Source of the DNA: Flaccisagitta enflata
Lineage: Eukaryota
Length of the DNA: 64,000 nucleotides
Assembly (NCBI GenBank): GCA_965153355.1
Contig: OZ231126.1
Coordinates: 45,012,001-45,076,000 of the forward strand
Direction: 5' to 3'
The translations under genes were made by a program, and so were the position numbers. Below, in pieces: positions 41,129 through 55,087 of the stretch; position 1 is the first letter of the stretch; every line of letters starts with the position of its first letter. The notes under the pieces were generated by a model. The model was given only the letters and a program-made list of their open reading frames with translations, was not told the origin of the DNA and made no database searches.

Positions 41129-43229
41129 GTCCGTCCGTCCGTCCGTTCGTTTATTAGTCCCCTCCCCTTCATCAGACCCCTCAGGCCTCAAATCTGGCCT
41201 CTCAGGCCTCAAATCCAGCCTCTCAGGTCTCAAATCCAGCCTCCCAGGCCTCAAATCTGGCCTCTCAGGCCTCAAATCTGGCCTCTCAGGCCTCTCAGGC
41301 CTCGAATCTGACCTCAGGCCTCAAATCTGGCCTCTCAGGCCTCAAATCTGGCTTCTCAGGCCTCAAATCCAAATTCTCAGGCCTCAAACCTGGACTTTCA
41401 TGCCTCAAATTAGGCCTCTCAGGCCTCAAATCAGCCATCTAAACCACAAATTATTGCTCCCAGGCTTCAAATCAGTCCTCTGGCCTTTCAAGCCTTAATC
41501 CAGCTCTCTCAAGCCTCAAGTCAGCCCTCTCAAGCTTCCAATTGGCATTCTCAGGCCTTATATCAGCCTTCTTAGACCTCAGTTTAGGCTCTTGAATGCC
41601 TTCAATCAGCCCTCTATAGCATCTCATCCACTTCTTCAGATAGGACGAACGAAAGTCCCCCTGTGTTCTACAGGACTTCGTCCCCTTTGGGGCCGCTGCC
41701 CTGCTTCCCCTAACTCCAATTCACAATCACTCTAAGCAGGGCAACGGGTATCGCTGACCACATATTGCCCTTGGGCGACCTGTTATTGTTTTATCGTCTG
41801 TTTTTATCTTTTTATTGTTTGCATCCTGCATCCTGCATCCTGCGTCCTGCATTAGCATCCTTTTTATCGTCTGTCCGGTAAACTGATTTTTGGGGTGACA
41901 TGGGTGGATTTAGTGGATGGGCAGGGCGGGGGCAGTGTACTGATCTGGCTTCATGGCCTCTGCATAAGATGTACATGCTGTTATTGGCTGTTTCTGCTCA
42001 ATGTCTATCCTGATCTCATGTTGTTTTCATGCATTGGTTGACCAATATCTCATGCCCAACTTCCCTTTCATTTTGTCCCCCTCTCAGATTGTTGAAATTT
42101 TTCCTAAAGAACGAGACCATCGCAACGCCATTTTCCAATCTACGCCTAATTTCCTTTGCGTCCACCATCGTCAGTCAGTCAGAATATAAATGGACGGATA
42201 GTCGAAACTACGAGCCGTAATCATAGGTGTGCTGTTTTAAACCGCAAGAATTATTTTGCCCTATTGGTCAAATGATAAAAGCTTGAACTTCGGACGAATC
42301 CACGAAATTGCTTATAGATTAAAACTCATTTACTTACACAAATCATGCTGTATGGGAAATGAGATTGATGGACAGACGAAAATATCCGGTATGTTATAAA
42401 TTGCGGTGAAAAGCAAAAGTCAAAACCGTTAATTTCATCTTAAAAGGATTTGTTTTTAAAAAGTGCAGAAAAAAAAAGAAAAAAAAAGGTCCGTGAAATT
42501 TTCCTTGAAATGAAAACAAATTAACTTTTAAGGTGTTTTTTTTTTCAACGGAATGATCTTCATTCTTTTTTTTTTCCCCTTAATTCTAATTACCAAGTCG
42601 TTTCCTAGTTTGCAGTCTCATCATGCCAGAAAATCTCATTTGGGTAAAGATGTCCCAATCAGAATTTATAATTAAGTCTGAAATTGAGGAGGGAGAGACT
42701 GACAGAAAGGATTTCCCCGTTTCAGGAGTGAATGCAATTTGAATGAAGGCCTATCGCTTCATGATGGGGGAAAAGGGATGAAAAAAAATCCTTGTTTTGG
42801 TGGCGTTAAACATTCTTTTTTTCTCTCTCTCTCATCTCCGGGTTGAGAATAAACTAATCACGGTTAAACAAGCACTTTTGCCTTTTTCAACTCTTAAAGT
42901 AAATGTAATTTTCATAAACACTCACTAATCTTTTTTTTTTTTTAGTATAGTTAAAAAATCAAACTCCATAAGTCATCGATTAAGATTTTGAGTTCAGACA
43001 GTATCGTTTGTTAGAACTTTGTCAAAATTTTCCACCGCAGCCTTTCCTTTCGGACAGGATTTTTCTCTACTGAAAAATGGGATATTTTGTCAGAATTTTT
43101 TTTTTTTTTTTTTTGCGTTTTTTTTTAAACACTCGAAATCTTATAGCATGGAAAAAAGGAGAAAAGAAAACATTTGTTACTTTTCTGAGGATAAATTTGA
43201 TCGCCGCCAACTAGGATCTAATTATCTTT

Positions 43230-43289
<60 letters not shown>

Positions 43290-43834
43290 GTGAGTCATCT
43301 TAACATCTTTACCTCAACTCTCGGATTTCCTCCGATTTCTGTCTCTCTCTGTCTCTCTCTGTCTCTCTCTGTCTATCTCTAATATCAAAAATCTTATCAT
43401 GCCATCGTCCGGGAACTGTGCACCTGCGAGGTGGGGGTGTGTATCAGGATTGTCTTTCCAGCGTAGCAGCTGAAAGCACTTCCCAAAAAAAGTAATCTTA
43501 ACAAAGTCACGTTGAATCGAAAAGTGATCGAATAATCAAATGATCCAATGAACCCTCTCCGGTCTATGCCTCAGTCTTATTTGTTGTTTCACTATCAATC
43601 CCTATCCGTCTGTCTGTCTTTCCGTTTGTCTATTTGTCTGTCTGTCTGAATGTCTGTCTTTTTATCTGTGTCTATCTGTCTGTCTATCTGTCTGTTTGTC
43701 GGCCTGTCAATATGTGTGTCTGCCTTTGTGTCACTATCCGTCTGTCTATCTTTCTGTCTGTCGGTCAGTCACTCTGTATCACTCTATCTGTCTGTCTGTA
43801 TTTCGGTCTGTCGATCGGTGAGTCTCTCTCTCTC

Positions 43835-43946
<112 letters not shown>

Positions 43947-44100
43947 CCCTACCTCCAAATCCTTCGCCTGGCTCCAACCCCCTTGACAATGAAGTTGGGG
44001 GTGGTAAAAAACTATCAGGTGGGTGTTGCAAACCATCGATCGTATAATGGAGTGGAGGGGTTGAGTGCAACGTGGGATGCCTCCAGGGTTACAAACTTAA

Positions 44101-45672
44101 CCAGTCGCCCAAGGGCAATATGTGGTCAGCGATACCCGTTGCCTTGCTTTACATGGTTGTGATTTGGAATAAGAGGGAGCAGGGCCCCGAAGGAGACAAA
44201 GTCCTGTAGAACACGGGAATTTTTGTTCGTTTGTCTGTTTGTTTGTTCATCCGTCCATCCCCCACAGGCCCTCTCAGGCCTGATGTCTAGCCTCTTAGGC
44301 CTGAAATCTGCCCTCCTAAGCCTTGAATCTGAGAGGGCAGATTTCAGGCCTTAGAGAGCAGATTTCAGGCCTGAGAGGGCAGAATCAAGGCCTAAAAGGG
44401 CAGATTTCAGGCCTGGGTAACAAACAAACAAATAAATGGACAAACGAACCAACAAAAGTCTCCTGTGCTCTACAGGACCTTGTCCCCTTTAGAGCCGCTG
44501 CTCAAAAGCCTGAATTGAGACCCTTTTTGGGCAGCGGCCCCAAAGTGGCCGATGTCCTGTAGGACACAGGGGGACTTTCGTTCGTCCTGCCTGAACAAGT
44601 GGATGAGATGCTATAGCCTGAGAGGCCAGGTTTGAGGCCTGAGAGGTTGGATTTGAGGTCTGAAAGGCTGGTTTTGAGGCCTGAGAGGCTGGATTTGAGG
44701 CCTGAGAGGCTGGATTTGAGGCCTGAGAGGCTGGATTTGAGGCCTAAGAGGCTAAATTTGAGGCCTGAGAGGCTAAATTTGAGGCCTGAGAGGCCAGATT
44801 TGAGGCCTGAGAGGCCAGATTTAAGGCCTGGGAGGCCAGATTTGAGGCCTGAGAGGCCAGATATGAGGCCTGAGGGGGGGGGGACAAACGGACGGACGGA
44901 CAAACGAATGAAAGTCCCCCTGTGTTCTACAGGACTTCGTCCCCTTCGGGGCCGCTGCCCAAAAGGGTAGATTTCAGGCCTGAGAGAGCAGATTTCAGGC
45001 CTGAGAGGGCCTGGGGGTAACAAACAAACAAATAAATGGACAAACGAACCAACAAAAGTCTCCTGTGCTCTACAGGACTTTGTCCCCTTTAGAGCCGCTG
45101 CCCAAAAGCCTGAATTGAGACCCTTTTTGGGCAGCGGCCCCAAAGTGGCCGATGTCCTGTAGGACACAGGGGGGAATTCAAGATGTTCGTCCATCCTTCC
45201 GTCCTTCCGTCCTTCCGTCCATCCGTCCCCTTGGCCATCGGAGCCTAAAGTCTGCAGTCTCAGGCCTGGTTTTGGCCCTCTGAGCCCTCAAATTAGCCCT
45301 TTCAGACCTCAATTTAGCCCTTGACAGCTCAAATCAGCTCTCCAGAGTCCAGACCTCATATCTGCCCTCAAGACCTCAAATCAGCCCTCCAGACCTCAAA
45401 TCCGCCATCCAGGCCTCAAATCAACTCTTCAGGCCTAAAATTTGCCCTCTAGGCCTCAAGCCTGCCCCCCAAACCTCAAATCTGCTCTTTTGGACTAAAT
45501 TCTGCCATCCCGACTTCAAATCCGCCTCAGGGCGTCTCGAAATTCACCCCTGTGTCCTGAAAGGAGATTGGCCCTTTGGGGCCGCTGCCCTTCTTTCACT
45601 CCACTACTTCACTTGATCACTCCAAGCAGGGCATCGGGTACCGCTGACTATGTGCGATCCTTGGATAACTAG
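44101..45672. mobile_element. Cluster of family-B elements (44101-44503 -, chimeric 44529-44960, 45129-45672 +) with a 600-bp-offset direct duplication
   Basis: Sub-TIRs and 21-bp arrays. ~44415-44573 is repeated almost exactly at ~45015-45173. Confidence 0.85.
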
Positions 45673-45729
45673 TTGAATCAATCAGCATATCGTCCAGAAA
45701 TCATTCCAGATGACCGTTACCACATTGTT

Positions 45730-45942
45730 AGTTGCAGACATGCAACTCTATTGGAGGTTTTGTCCATCCGTTGGTCCGTCAGTCCGTCGGTCCGTTGGTC
45801 TGTCATGGTCATCGAGTGGGGAAACGAGTGTTTTGGATACTTTTTGTGTATATTTGAGTAATGGGGATGGGTTGGGTGTGGATTGGGGTTGGATGCTCCT
45901 GTCCACCCGTCCGCAACGATATTGTGACCCCGCGTCACATTG
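45730..45942 (+). mobile_element. HINE-like subfamily C element
   Basis: AGTTGCAGACATGCAACT head; GTCCGCAACGATATTGTGACCCCGCGTCAC end. Confidence 0.8.
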
Positions 45943-47503
45943 ATCAATAAATGGACAAATTGAGATAATGAAATTGGTTAAATCATAACAACAGCCATTT
46001 AAAACTTATTAACATTTTCCCCTCGTGCAAATGGTTGAGACTAATTGGGCGAGGCAAACAATATTTGACAGCTGAGCCTATGTCCATGTGTATTAATTGA
46101 TGGAGACCGAAGCCGTGGAAATGGGGCCATTATGGAGGGCGAAGGGAACATTTGATATACAAAGAAAAGGTTCTGGGAAACCGGTGCGATAAAGGGAAAT
46201 GTTATTTAAGACGTTTTCTTCAAAGGAAAACTCAAGAGATATGAAAGAAAGAGTAAAAGACAAAAAAAGAAAAACAAACCAATGGTGAAGAAAAGAGAAA
46301 AAGAAAAAGTGAAGTGAAAGATTGAAACATGAAGAGATTGAAAGTAGAAACTAGTCTTGGTCTTGACGGTCTCCGTTGGGTCTCCTCTCGGGTCTCCTCT
46401 CAAGTCTCCTCTCTCTGGTCTCCATCGTCCTCTCGCCTTTCACAAAGGAGGATAAAGGGAAATATTTCTCAAGGTTCGAATGACAGAAGAACAAGAATGT
46501 GGAAAAAACATCTTCTTCATCTTCTTTTTCGCGGCGCATCACTCTGAGATGGAACGGCGATTTATTTACAACGAGCGGTATGTGAGAGAGTCTACATTTG
46601 TTCATTTCCATGGAGCCCCAATAACCGTAAGAACAATTGTGATAAACAAATGACCAAAAGACTAAAGCAAGGATCAATTATTGAAAAGGCTATTTAAAGT
46701 CAAGATGTCCCGCTCCAGAAGAAAATGGTCTTGAAACAAATACGTCTTTTTGTGAAACTTCCTTATTGCTTGCTCCCTAATTTTGTCAGATTAGCGGCTC
46801 GTTAGTTGCATCTCTGTTCTGGTTAAGGAAACGGTCAATTGAATCATTGATAGCGCATAGTTAATGACGTTTCAAAAAGCTCTCTTCGTTGTTTTCAGTC
46901 TTGGTATACATATTCAGTTTTGGAATATAAAATGTGGTGAGGCATATGTATTGTTTCACTTGTCATATGACTCAGTTTGCGCACGGTCGTCCCAAATTAC
47001 AATGCTCCAAAGAAAAAAGAAATGAGGAACAAAGGAAATCGAGTGAAATCTAAATCTCCACACGCATTCATATCATTCCCGTGTATACAGACGGAATGGA
47101 AGGCAACGAGTGAAGAATGTTATCTCGATATACTTTTTCTTCATTCATACATGAATCTTTTCCGAGAAGAAAGCCGCCTTTTTGCTCCCCTATGATGAAC
47201 GGGGAAGCAGTTTGGTAAATTTACTCATTCATTATCTTGCAGTCCGTTGCGACTGTTCAGCGTAAGTTGTATTTTCAATGGCATTCCCGATTGTTTTCAT
47301 ACCATACAAAAAAGAACTAACTTAACCGGACGAGGGCAAATGTCCCATCACTCTCATGCAAATGATACTATCATTGATAGATGGAAAGATTTTGTAAAAA
47401 AAAGAAAATAAATTGATTTGAGCGAAGTGTGAACATTCACACCTGTTTTTTGCCCCATACTTTACCGTCATACATACCCGTCTTCTTTTTCTTTTTCTTC
47501 TAT

Positions 47504-47842
47504 TCTTCTTCTTCTTCTTCTTCTTCTTCTTCTTCTTCTTCTTCTTCTTCTTCTTCTTCTTCATCTTTTTCTTTTTCTTTTTCTTTTTCTTTTTCTTTTT
47601 CTTCTTTTTCTTCTTCTTCTTCTTCTTCTTCTTCTTCTTCTTCTTCTTCTTCTTCTTCTTCTTCTTCTTCTTCTTCTTCTTCTTCTTCTTCTTCTTCTTC
47701 TTCTTCTTCTTCTTCTTCTTCTTCTTCTTCTTCTTCTTCTTCTTCTTCTTCTTCTTCTTCTTCTTCTTCTTCTTCTTCTTCTTCTTCTTCTTCTTCTTCT
47801 TCTTCTTCTTCTTCTTCTTCTTCTTCTTCTTCTTCTTCTTCT

Positions 47843-47877
<35 letters not shown>

Positions 47878-47880
47878 TCC
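47504..47880. repeat. (TTC)n microsatellite ~370 bp
   Basis: Direct reading. Confidence 0.95.
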
Positions 47881-48971
47881 TTCTTCCCCGTATTCTCACT
47901 TTTACCCTCTTGTCCTTAAGTTCTTTCTTTCCTCCCTCTTTTCCAATGATCACGTTTCTCCGGTCTTTCCTCTTCCAATTACCTCCCAAATTCCATCAAC
48001 AAAGGATAGAAGTCCTTGATAAGGAAGAGTAACTTCCTATGCGTCCGTCTGTCCGTGTTTCGTCAATCTGCCGTTGAATCTGCCCGAAAATTGCGCCTTT
48101 TGCCCAAATTGAAAAGTGCAATCAAGGGCAGAACCTAGCCAATGAATGGCAGCTCTCAAAACGGTACACCGACTTAACGCCGCCATCGCGTAACGAAGGT
48201 TTGACGTATAAAATGGTTACAAACCTCCAGGTTGTTGATCTCTGCCCGTTGAACTCTTTCATCGTTGGGTAGCTCGAGCAACCATGAATTATCCACCAGT
48301 TGTTAAGAACAGGAGAACAGGAGTCAAACCCCAACCAAGAAGAAGATTGAAAAGGATGCTTTCGTTGCTGATTGGCCCGGGCCCATTTTTCCATCGGATG
48401 CAATGAAACCAATGGAAAGAACCTAGACTTGATTGGGAACAAAGGCGCGGAGGTTTGGTTTCTGTACAAAGCAAACACATGCGTGTATATTGTTCGATTG
48501 TAAAGGTCGTTTGAGGTTATCGCTGAAAAAAGCCTCGTAGGACTTTAGCTTTGCAATTTTCTCAATTGACTTATCTAAAAACGAATTTATTATGATACTT
48601 TGAGCGATTTCTATTTAAAAAGCGCCAATAGCCGCTAAAATAATGCAAATGAGGAAATTTGGGTTGGGGCGATAATCTTAGTATATTATACTAATAGTAT
48701 AACAAAGTCGACTTTTACAATCTGGAAGGATATAAACAACTGGCTAAAATACTTAACCAGTTCCAATTTTGAGAATCGTTTCAAACCCCTCCTTCCCACC
48801 CTTTCCTTTACTTCACAATCATCGCCAATTCCCAATGATAAATTCATTTTCAAGTTTTTTTTTTTAATCTCAGTAATGTTTTAAAATGACTTTTTTTCAC
48901 TTTGATTTTGTTTTCACAGCGGAACTAAAAAGAAGAAATTGAAAGGTTTTGACTTCCGACGGACACATGCG

Positions 48972-49099
<128 letters not shown>

Positions 49100-49550
49100 A
49101 ACTTCACTTTTTTCAAATATACTAAGGAAAAAACTCCTTATTGATTTACCCATTCACTCATTTGTTAAGTTTGAAATTGACATGACCGAAAAAGCGTAAC
49201 GTAATTGCGCGTTATTCAACACCTTGTTTAAAGCAATTGTCTATTAAAAGAAGTTCGTATGGCATGATTTGAAAAAGCAAAAAACATAAGATTTTGCGAG
49301 AGGCAAAACTCATTTAGCGTAAAAAACGGGAGTTAGATAGGCTACAAAGGGAGTCGTTGATGTAAAGAAAACCTAGTAGGCAAGTATCAAGAAGGACCGT
49401 AGGCTAAAACAGCCCAAGGTTTACAACCAAAACTTACATGGATTTGATTCAACAGAAAAAGTGAAAGCTTTTATGAAGAGAAAATAAACCGAAAAATCTA
49501 GTGGGTGGTTGATTTTAAAAACGTTAAGAAAGTGTTAATGAAGATTTTTT

Positions 49551-49656
<106 letters not shown>

Positions 49657-50104
49657 TTCACTCATGGTGGTGGGCTCAATATCTTGGAAAAAAAAGAAGA
49701 AAGATAAGGGATTGTTACGCCTTTGTTATAAACGAAAAAAAAAGAAAATAAGAAAAAAAAACACTGAAAAAAGAAGCCTCTTGGCGAATTTCAACTTTCT
49801 TTTCTCACCACGGAAAAAAAAGGAAAAGAAGAAGAGAAGGAGAAAGAAAAAAATCCAGGGCTGGATGAATCATGGATTAAAATCTAAAGTCTTATTTAAA
49901 CCCTCCCCGTAACTATGATTCCCGGAGATAAGACACCGATGGGAAAAGATCGTTGCTGAACACTCGGGTTGTTGTGCTGATTGCGGAAGGCGTTTTTTAT
50001 TTCTCTTTTCTTAAGTAATTGATTGAATTCTAATGCGTGTTTATCTGAAATCATAACAATAGTAGCAACCTCCGTTTTGCGTCGAATACTCCAAATGTGG
50101 AAAA

Positions 50105-50383
50105 CAAGGCCGGATACACGGCTACCCCAGTCGCGTGCGGGTGGGCAGGGGCCATATTTGAGGTCAGTGGAGCATTTGGGCAGGAGCGGTATAGCCAAAA
50201 ACCCCATAGACGACAAGAAAGTAAAGTGTGACGGACCGACGGACGGACGGACGGACGGACGGACGGACGGACGGACCGACGGACCGACGGACCGACGGAC
50301 CGACGGACCGACGGACCGACGGACCGACGGACCGACGGACCGACAAAGGGTAGAGGGGGTGTAGAGTCGCGTAGCACGCGACT
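50105..50383 (-). mobile_element. Intact HINE-like subfamily A element
   Basis: AAAA-CAAGGCCGGATACACGGCTACCCCAGTCGCGTGC ... (GGAC)n/(GGACCGAC)n ... AGTCGCGTAGCACGCGACT-AAAAA. Confidence 0.9.
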
Positions 50384-50606
50384 AAAAAGTTAAAATCCTA
50401 CCATACATTGTATATTGTTGCTGAACAGACTTTACATCCAGATCAATGATTATGCGCAAAGAACGGCTCAAGCCCACAAGAAGCCAGAAGGAGTTTCTTC
50501 CTCTTTATCTTTCTAACTTTCTGTCTCAACTTCATTTTGTCTTTTTGTCCTTACACTCGCTTCCTGTCTTAGCTTCCTAATCTCTCTGTTTGTCTGTCTG
50601 TCCGTT

Positions 50607-50724
<118 letters not shown>

Positions 50725-51436
50725 GAATGAAGTAGAAGGTGGTTCCCTTGTCGTTGAACACGTGAAGCGGAAAATTTCCTCTGAAGAAACGTAAAATCAA
50801 ATGACTGCAAGAAGGAGAATTGAAAAAAGAGGAGGGAGAAAAAAGAAGAGGGATGGTTTGGGTGAGGCATTACTGAAGGTGGCGGGATTTCCTTTTTTGA
50901 ATGGTAGTGAAAAGCAAGTCTCACACTCATGACTCATGACCAGAACTCACCTATGTTTTTCCTCTATCCAAGGTAGTAGTGGATGCTGGGAATTTAGATC
51001 ATGAAAATATCCTTCATATTCTTCCAGTAATTTGGTGAATGGGGATTTTTGTTTTTTTGGCGTTTCAAAGTGATTGAATTACAGTTTGTTTATAGATCAA
51101 TCTCAGTACCTACCCCTTAGACACGAGTGTTTTTTTTATACGTGAATCAACGAACATGAACAATTTGACATGACCTCCCCAACTCCGTTCCCACCCCCAC
51201 CCCCCTTATTTTCCTTGGCAGCCTCAGATCCTTTTTTTTACCAAGTTGGTTCACCTTCTCCTACTCCTCTTCCTCCAGGTCTCCTTCCTCCTCCTCCTCC
51301 TCCTCCTCCTAGCTTGTTTGCAGGGCGGAGAATCGAGGTTGAGTTTGAAAGGTGGCGCTTTGCCTTGGCGCGCTTTGGCATTGATTGTTCCTTTCCTCCG
51401 GATGAGTGAGGGCTTAATTAAAAGAGAGAAAAGCTA

Positions 51437-51493
<57 letters not shown>

Positions 51494-51999
51494 GGGAAAG
51501 AAACTGACAGTCAGAGACGCAATGACAGGCCGGTTTGGAGCTAGCACGAGAAATAACTTCAGACAACGTTTACAGTAAGGGAGACAAATGGATAGACAAG
51601 TTGAGTGATAAATTCTAGACATGAACAGGTTAACAGAAAGACATGACAAAACATGGTCATATTCGGAATGCTAGAATAAACGGTGATCACTTTTCAGTGT
51701 CATGCAGAGATGAAAACAAGATACATCGAGAGGTAGAGACAGACAAATCTGCAAACCAACAAGATTGTGAACTGATAGATTAAGGTACGGGAAAAAAGAA
51801 GAGGGAAAACAGACAGACGGAGAATCCAAGAGAATAGTCTCACAATTACAACAATCTTACTGGCGAGTAGAAATAAAAGAAATCATCCACCGAATCCCAT
51901 GTGAGTAACGCGGTCGCGAAAATCGGATGTTTAAACAATTTGATCCTTCAGTGTTTATGTTCAGGATCCTCGCGGAATCGATGTATCATTTCCCCCTTT

Positions 52000-52167
52000 A
52001 TAAGACTATAGGCCCGTTTTCGGTCAGTCGGCCCGTCGGTCCGTCACATTCGTAGGTTTAGTGTTTTTTTTTCGCCTCGTCGCTTCTGTCAACGGGCCTG
52101 ACTGGCCCCCTATATCACTGTTCCCGCCAACCCATCCGAGACTTAGGTAGCCGTGTACACGGCCTTG
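52000..52167 (+). mobile_element. Degenerate HINE-A element
   Basis: GTCG repeats and TAGCCGTGTACACGGCCTTG-TT end. Confidence 0.6.
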
Positions 52168-52352
52168 TTATTTCTCTTTCTAAATCTAGCTGCAGGATAA
52201 GAACTGTAATGAGAGTCAGCAAGTTTACAGAAAGAGCGATCGACGCTCATTTTGCTTAATTGATGAGTTGTCACTAAGCATTTTTCTAAAACGTAAATTG
52301 TTATGAAATGCCTTCGATGATGAAGGATAAGAGATAATGTCCTTTAGACAAA

Positions 52353-53029
52353 CCTTGATCACAACCGTTTAGATGTCACGCTCCACTGCCTCTACTGCCC
52401 CTCAACCCCTGGTAATCTCGCTCCTACTTGTTACAAACTGCCCCTAGAATCCCAACCCCCCACCCGGCCCATTTCCCCACCTTGATCTCACTCGTCTCAC
52501 CTTTAACATCTTGTTCTGATAATGATAAGCCGTTAAGATGTCATGCTCAACAATCCCCTCAAACTCTTCTTACATCGCTCCTAGGATCCTAACCCCCGCC
52601 TCATCTCCCACCTTGATCACAACCGTTTAGATGTCATGCTCCACTATCCCCTCAACCCCTTCTAATCTCGCTCCTACTTGTTACACACTGACCCTATAAT
52701 CCTGGTAACTCCCCCCCCCCTGCCACATCCCCCACCTTGACCACAACCGTTTAGATGTCATGCTCCACGATCCCCTCAACCGCTCCTAATCTCGCTCCTA
52801 CTTGTTCTACACTAACCCTAGAATCCTAGTAACCCCCCCCCCCCCGCCACATCCCCCACCTTGATCAAAACCTTTTTGATGTCATGCTCCACTGCCCCCT
52901 CAACCCCTGCTAACCTCTCTCCTACTTGTAACACACTGCCCAAAGAATCTTAACCCCCCCCCGCCTCATCCCCCACATTGATCTCACTCGTCTCACCTTT
53001 CCCATCTTGTTCTGATAAGCCGTTAAGAC
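52353..53029. repeat. ~124-bp tandem repeat, about 5.5 copies
   Basis: CCTTGATCACAACCGTTTAGATGTCATGCTCCAC at ~52353, 52611, 52735 and 52859, with variant units at ~52481 and ~52977. Confidence 0.9.
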
Positions 53030-55087
53030 GGCCAAGACTCGGATCTTCGACGCGATTTCATCTCAGATTTCCTCCGATTTTTCCGCGGTAACGAATTTCT
53101 TCTTCTTCATTTTTTTTTTCATTTCATTTATCTTGCAAAAATTCTTATCATTTTTTCTCATCATTCACCTTGGCTCGAGAAAAACAACCAGCTGTATCAT
53201 TTCTTTTTCTTGCTTCTTTTGCTTCTTCTTCTTCTTCTTCTTCTACTTCTCGTTCAAATTGTAATTCAATACTTTAACGTATATATACGAATGAGCGAAT
53301 CTCAGAAACCATCATCAATTCAATGAGGAACCATTTTTTTTCTCCTTACTTAAATGTTAATCTAATACATTTGACTCGAAGTTTCTTTGGCTTTCCTCGG
53401 CGAGTATTTCAAGGTTGAAATGAAATTGAAACCAATTGTTTATGAAAACTGTTTCATGTTTATTTCTAGTTCTAAAAGATATCAACATGTCCAGAAAATA
53501 AACAAGCTATACAGAGGTTACATGATCACTCATGCTAAAAAAATAAAAACTTCTAATGCATTCTACATGACAGAAAATCGTAATGCTTCACAAAAAAAAT
53601 TAAATGCAATATGACTAATTAAAAGATTTACATTCACAAAATCAAGGAATTGGAAAAATGTGTGCTTACGCTGCTTGGAGTTGACCGTAATGATTGAACT
53701 TTTATTGGAGTCAACAAACCAAAAAGATGGTTTATCACAGAAATGGTAGTCATGATATTCATAAATAGATGTAGCCTACTCTAATGCTATTGATGATATT
53801 TTCAATAAATTCTTCAATTTATTCGCCAATTCATCTCATGCACATTTTTCTTTAATGGTAGAAAAGCCAACACGTTTCCAAGCGAAAACCATCGGCGAGA
53901 TAATAATGACTTGATAAATAGCGTCAAACAATCATAAAAACCAAACAAAATACCCGTCAATTCAACGAACCAAAACAACAAAAAGGAATCTTAACAAAGA
54001 TTTGAATATAACAAACTGTCATCTGCGTTGCGAATGGGTTGATTTCCGTGAGCCATGGGCAAATGCTGAGTGCAAAATAAATGAGTATGGTGCAAATTGC
54101 TGAAGACTTGAAAATGGGATGCAAAAAGATAACGCCTGATTTTACGGTTAGAAACCTAGCAACACAGTAAAGTTTTTTCCCCGCTGCTTCTTGGTATTGG
54201 TTCTCACCAGGCCTCTTGATTTTGGAGCAGCAAGCAGCGCCGCTTCTCGGCAGGAAAAGGGAGATGTCGGCAGGTCCCAATGATAGAAGAAGAAGAAGAA
54301 GAAGAAGAAGAAGAAGAAGAAGAAGAAGAAGAAGAAGAAGAAGAAGAAGAAGAAGAAGGCAAGAAAAGAAACAGAAAAAGAAGGAGAAGATCGAAATAGA
54401 GATGATGGTAATTGCAGTCAGCATTGATATTTTTTGCATATTGTAGTTTTATGATTACTGCTATTGTATAATTTTGCTGACTTGGAAAACTGTGAGTCTG
54501 ATTTAAGATATAATAAGAACTTAGTCCTTTATATTTTGAACTGAACAAAAGGAAAATCTTAATTGCTTGTAGCAATTGAAAAAAAAAAACAATCAGTTTA
54601 GAAATTGGCTATGTCCATTGTTCGTATAGCTGTAAGGATGTTGTGGTATAGGTAGGAGCAATTATCAGCTTGGCAGGGATTTGTTGGCGGTTGCCAGGCC
54701 CAGGTTGACAAACCACCGGCATCTGCGATGACAAGGAATCCCCTTCCTTTATCCACTGACCCACGCCCTCAGGTTAAGTCGGCAGCGTTCAGGGGAAAAT
54801 TTTTGCTTGTCGGCAGAAAAAAACAGTCAAGAGGCCTGGTTCTCACAGTAAATCATCCTGTGAAACCATTAAACCTGAGGCCACAACGTTTGATCGATCC
54901 TTGTCTAAGTGGACTGAAACAAGGCTAAGTTCTTTCATTCAAAATTTTATGTCAACACTAGCTTGAAATATTCTGTCTAGTTAATGAGACAGGTTTTGGA
55001 AAGGGAGTGATTGGCTGGTGAAAGGGAAGGGGTCGAGAAAAGGTTAGGAAAAGGGTATGGTGAAAAAAGCGACGATTATATCTATAA

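Larger units (their letters stand above)
39617..41782 (+). mobile_element. Family-B element split by a 1.47-kb insertion
   Basis: Head at 39617-39657 plus body at 41129-41782 reconstitute a near copy of 3761-4420; ends GCCC-TT-GGGC-GACCTG-TT. Confidence 0.85.

Noticed and set aside
48122..48480. Complex GC-balanced island with LLLGWGLTP (GPCR TM4-like) on the minus strand
   Set aside because: That frame stops soon after, no other TM exons were found, and no consistent splice phases. Cannot support a call.
50105..50383. tRNA-derived SINE interpretation of subfamily A
   Set aside because: No convincing A/B boxes, cloverleaf or TSD. Sub-TIR + hairpin + T-run insertion fits HINE/DINE-1 better.
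53957..54285. Possible minus-strand exons downstream of the cadherin
   Set aside because: No recognisable motif in any frame; could be 3' UTR or intergenic.
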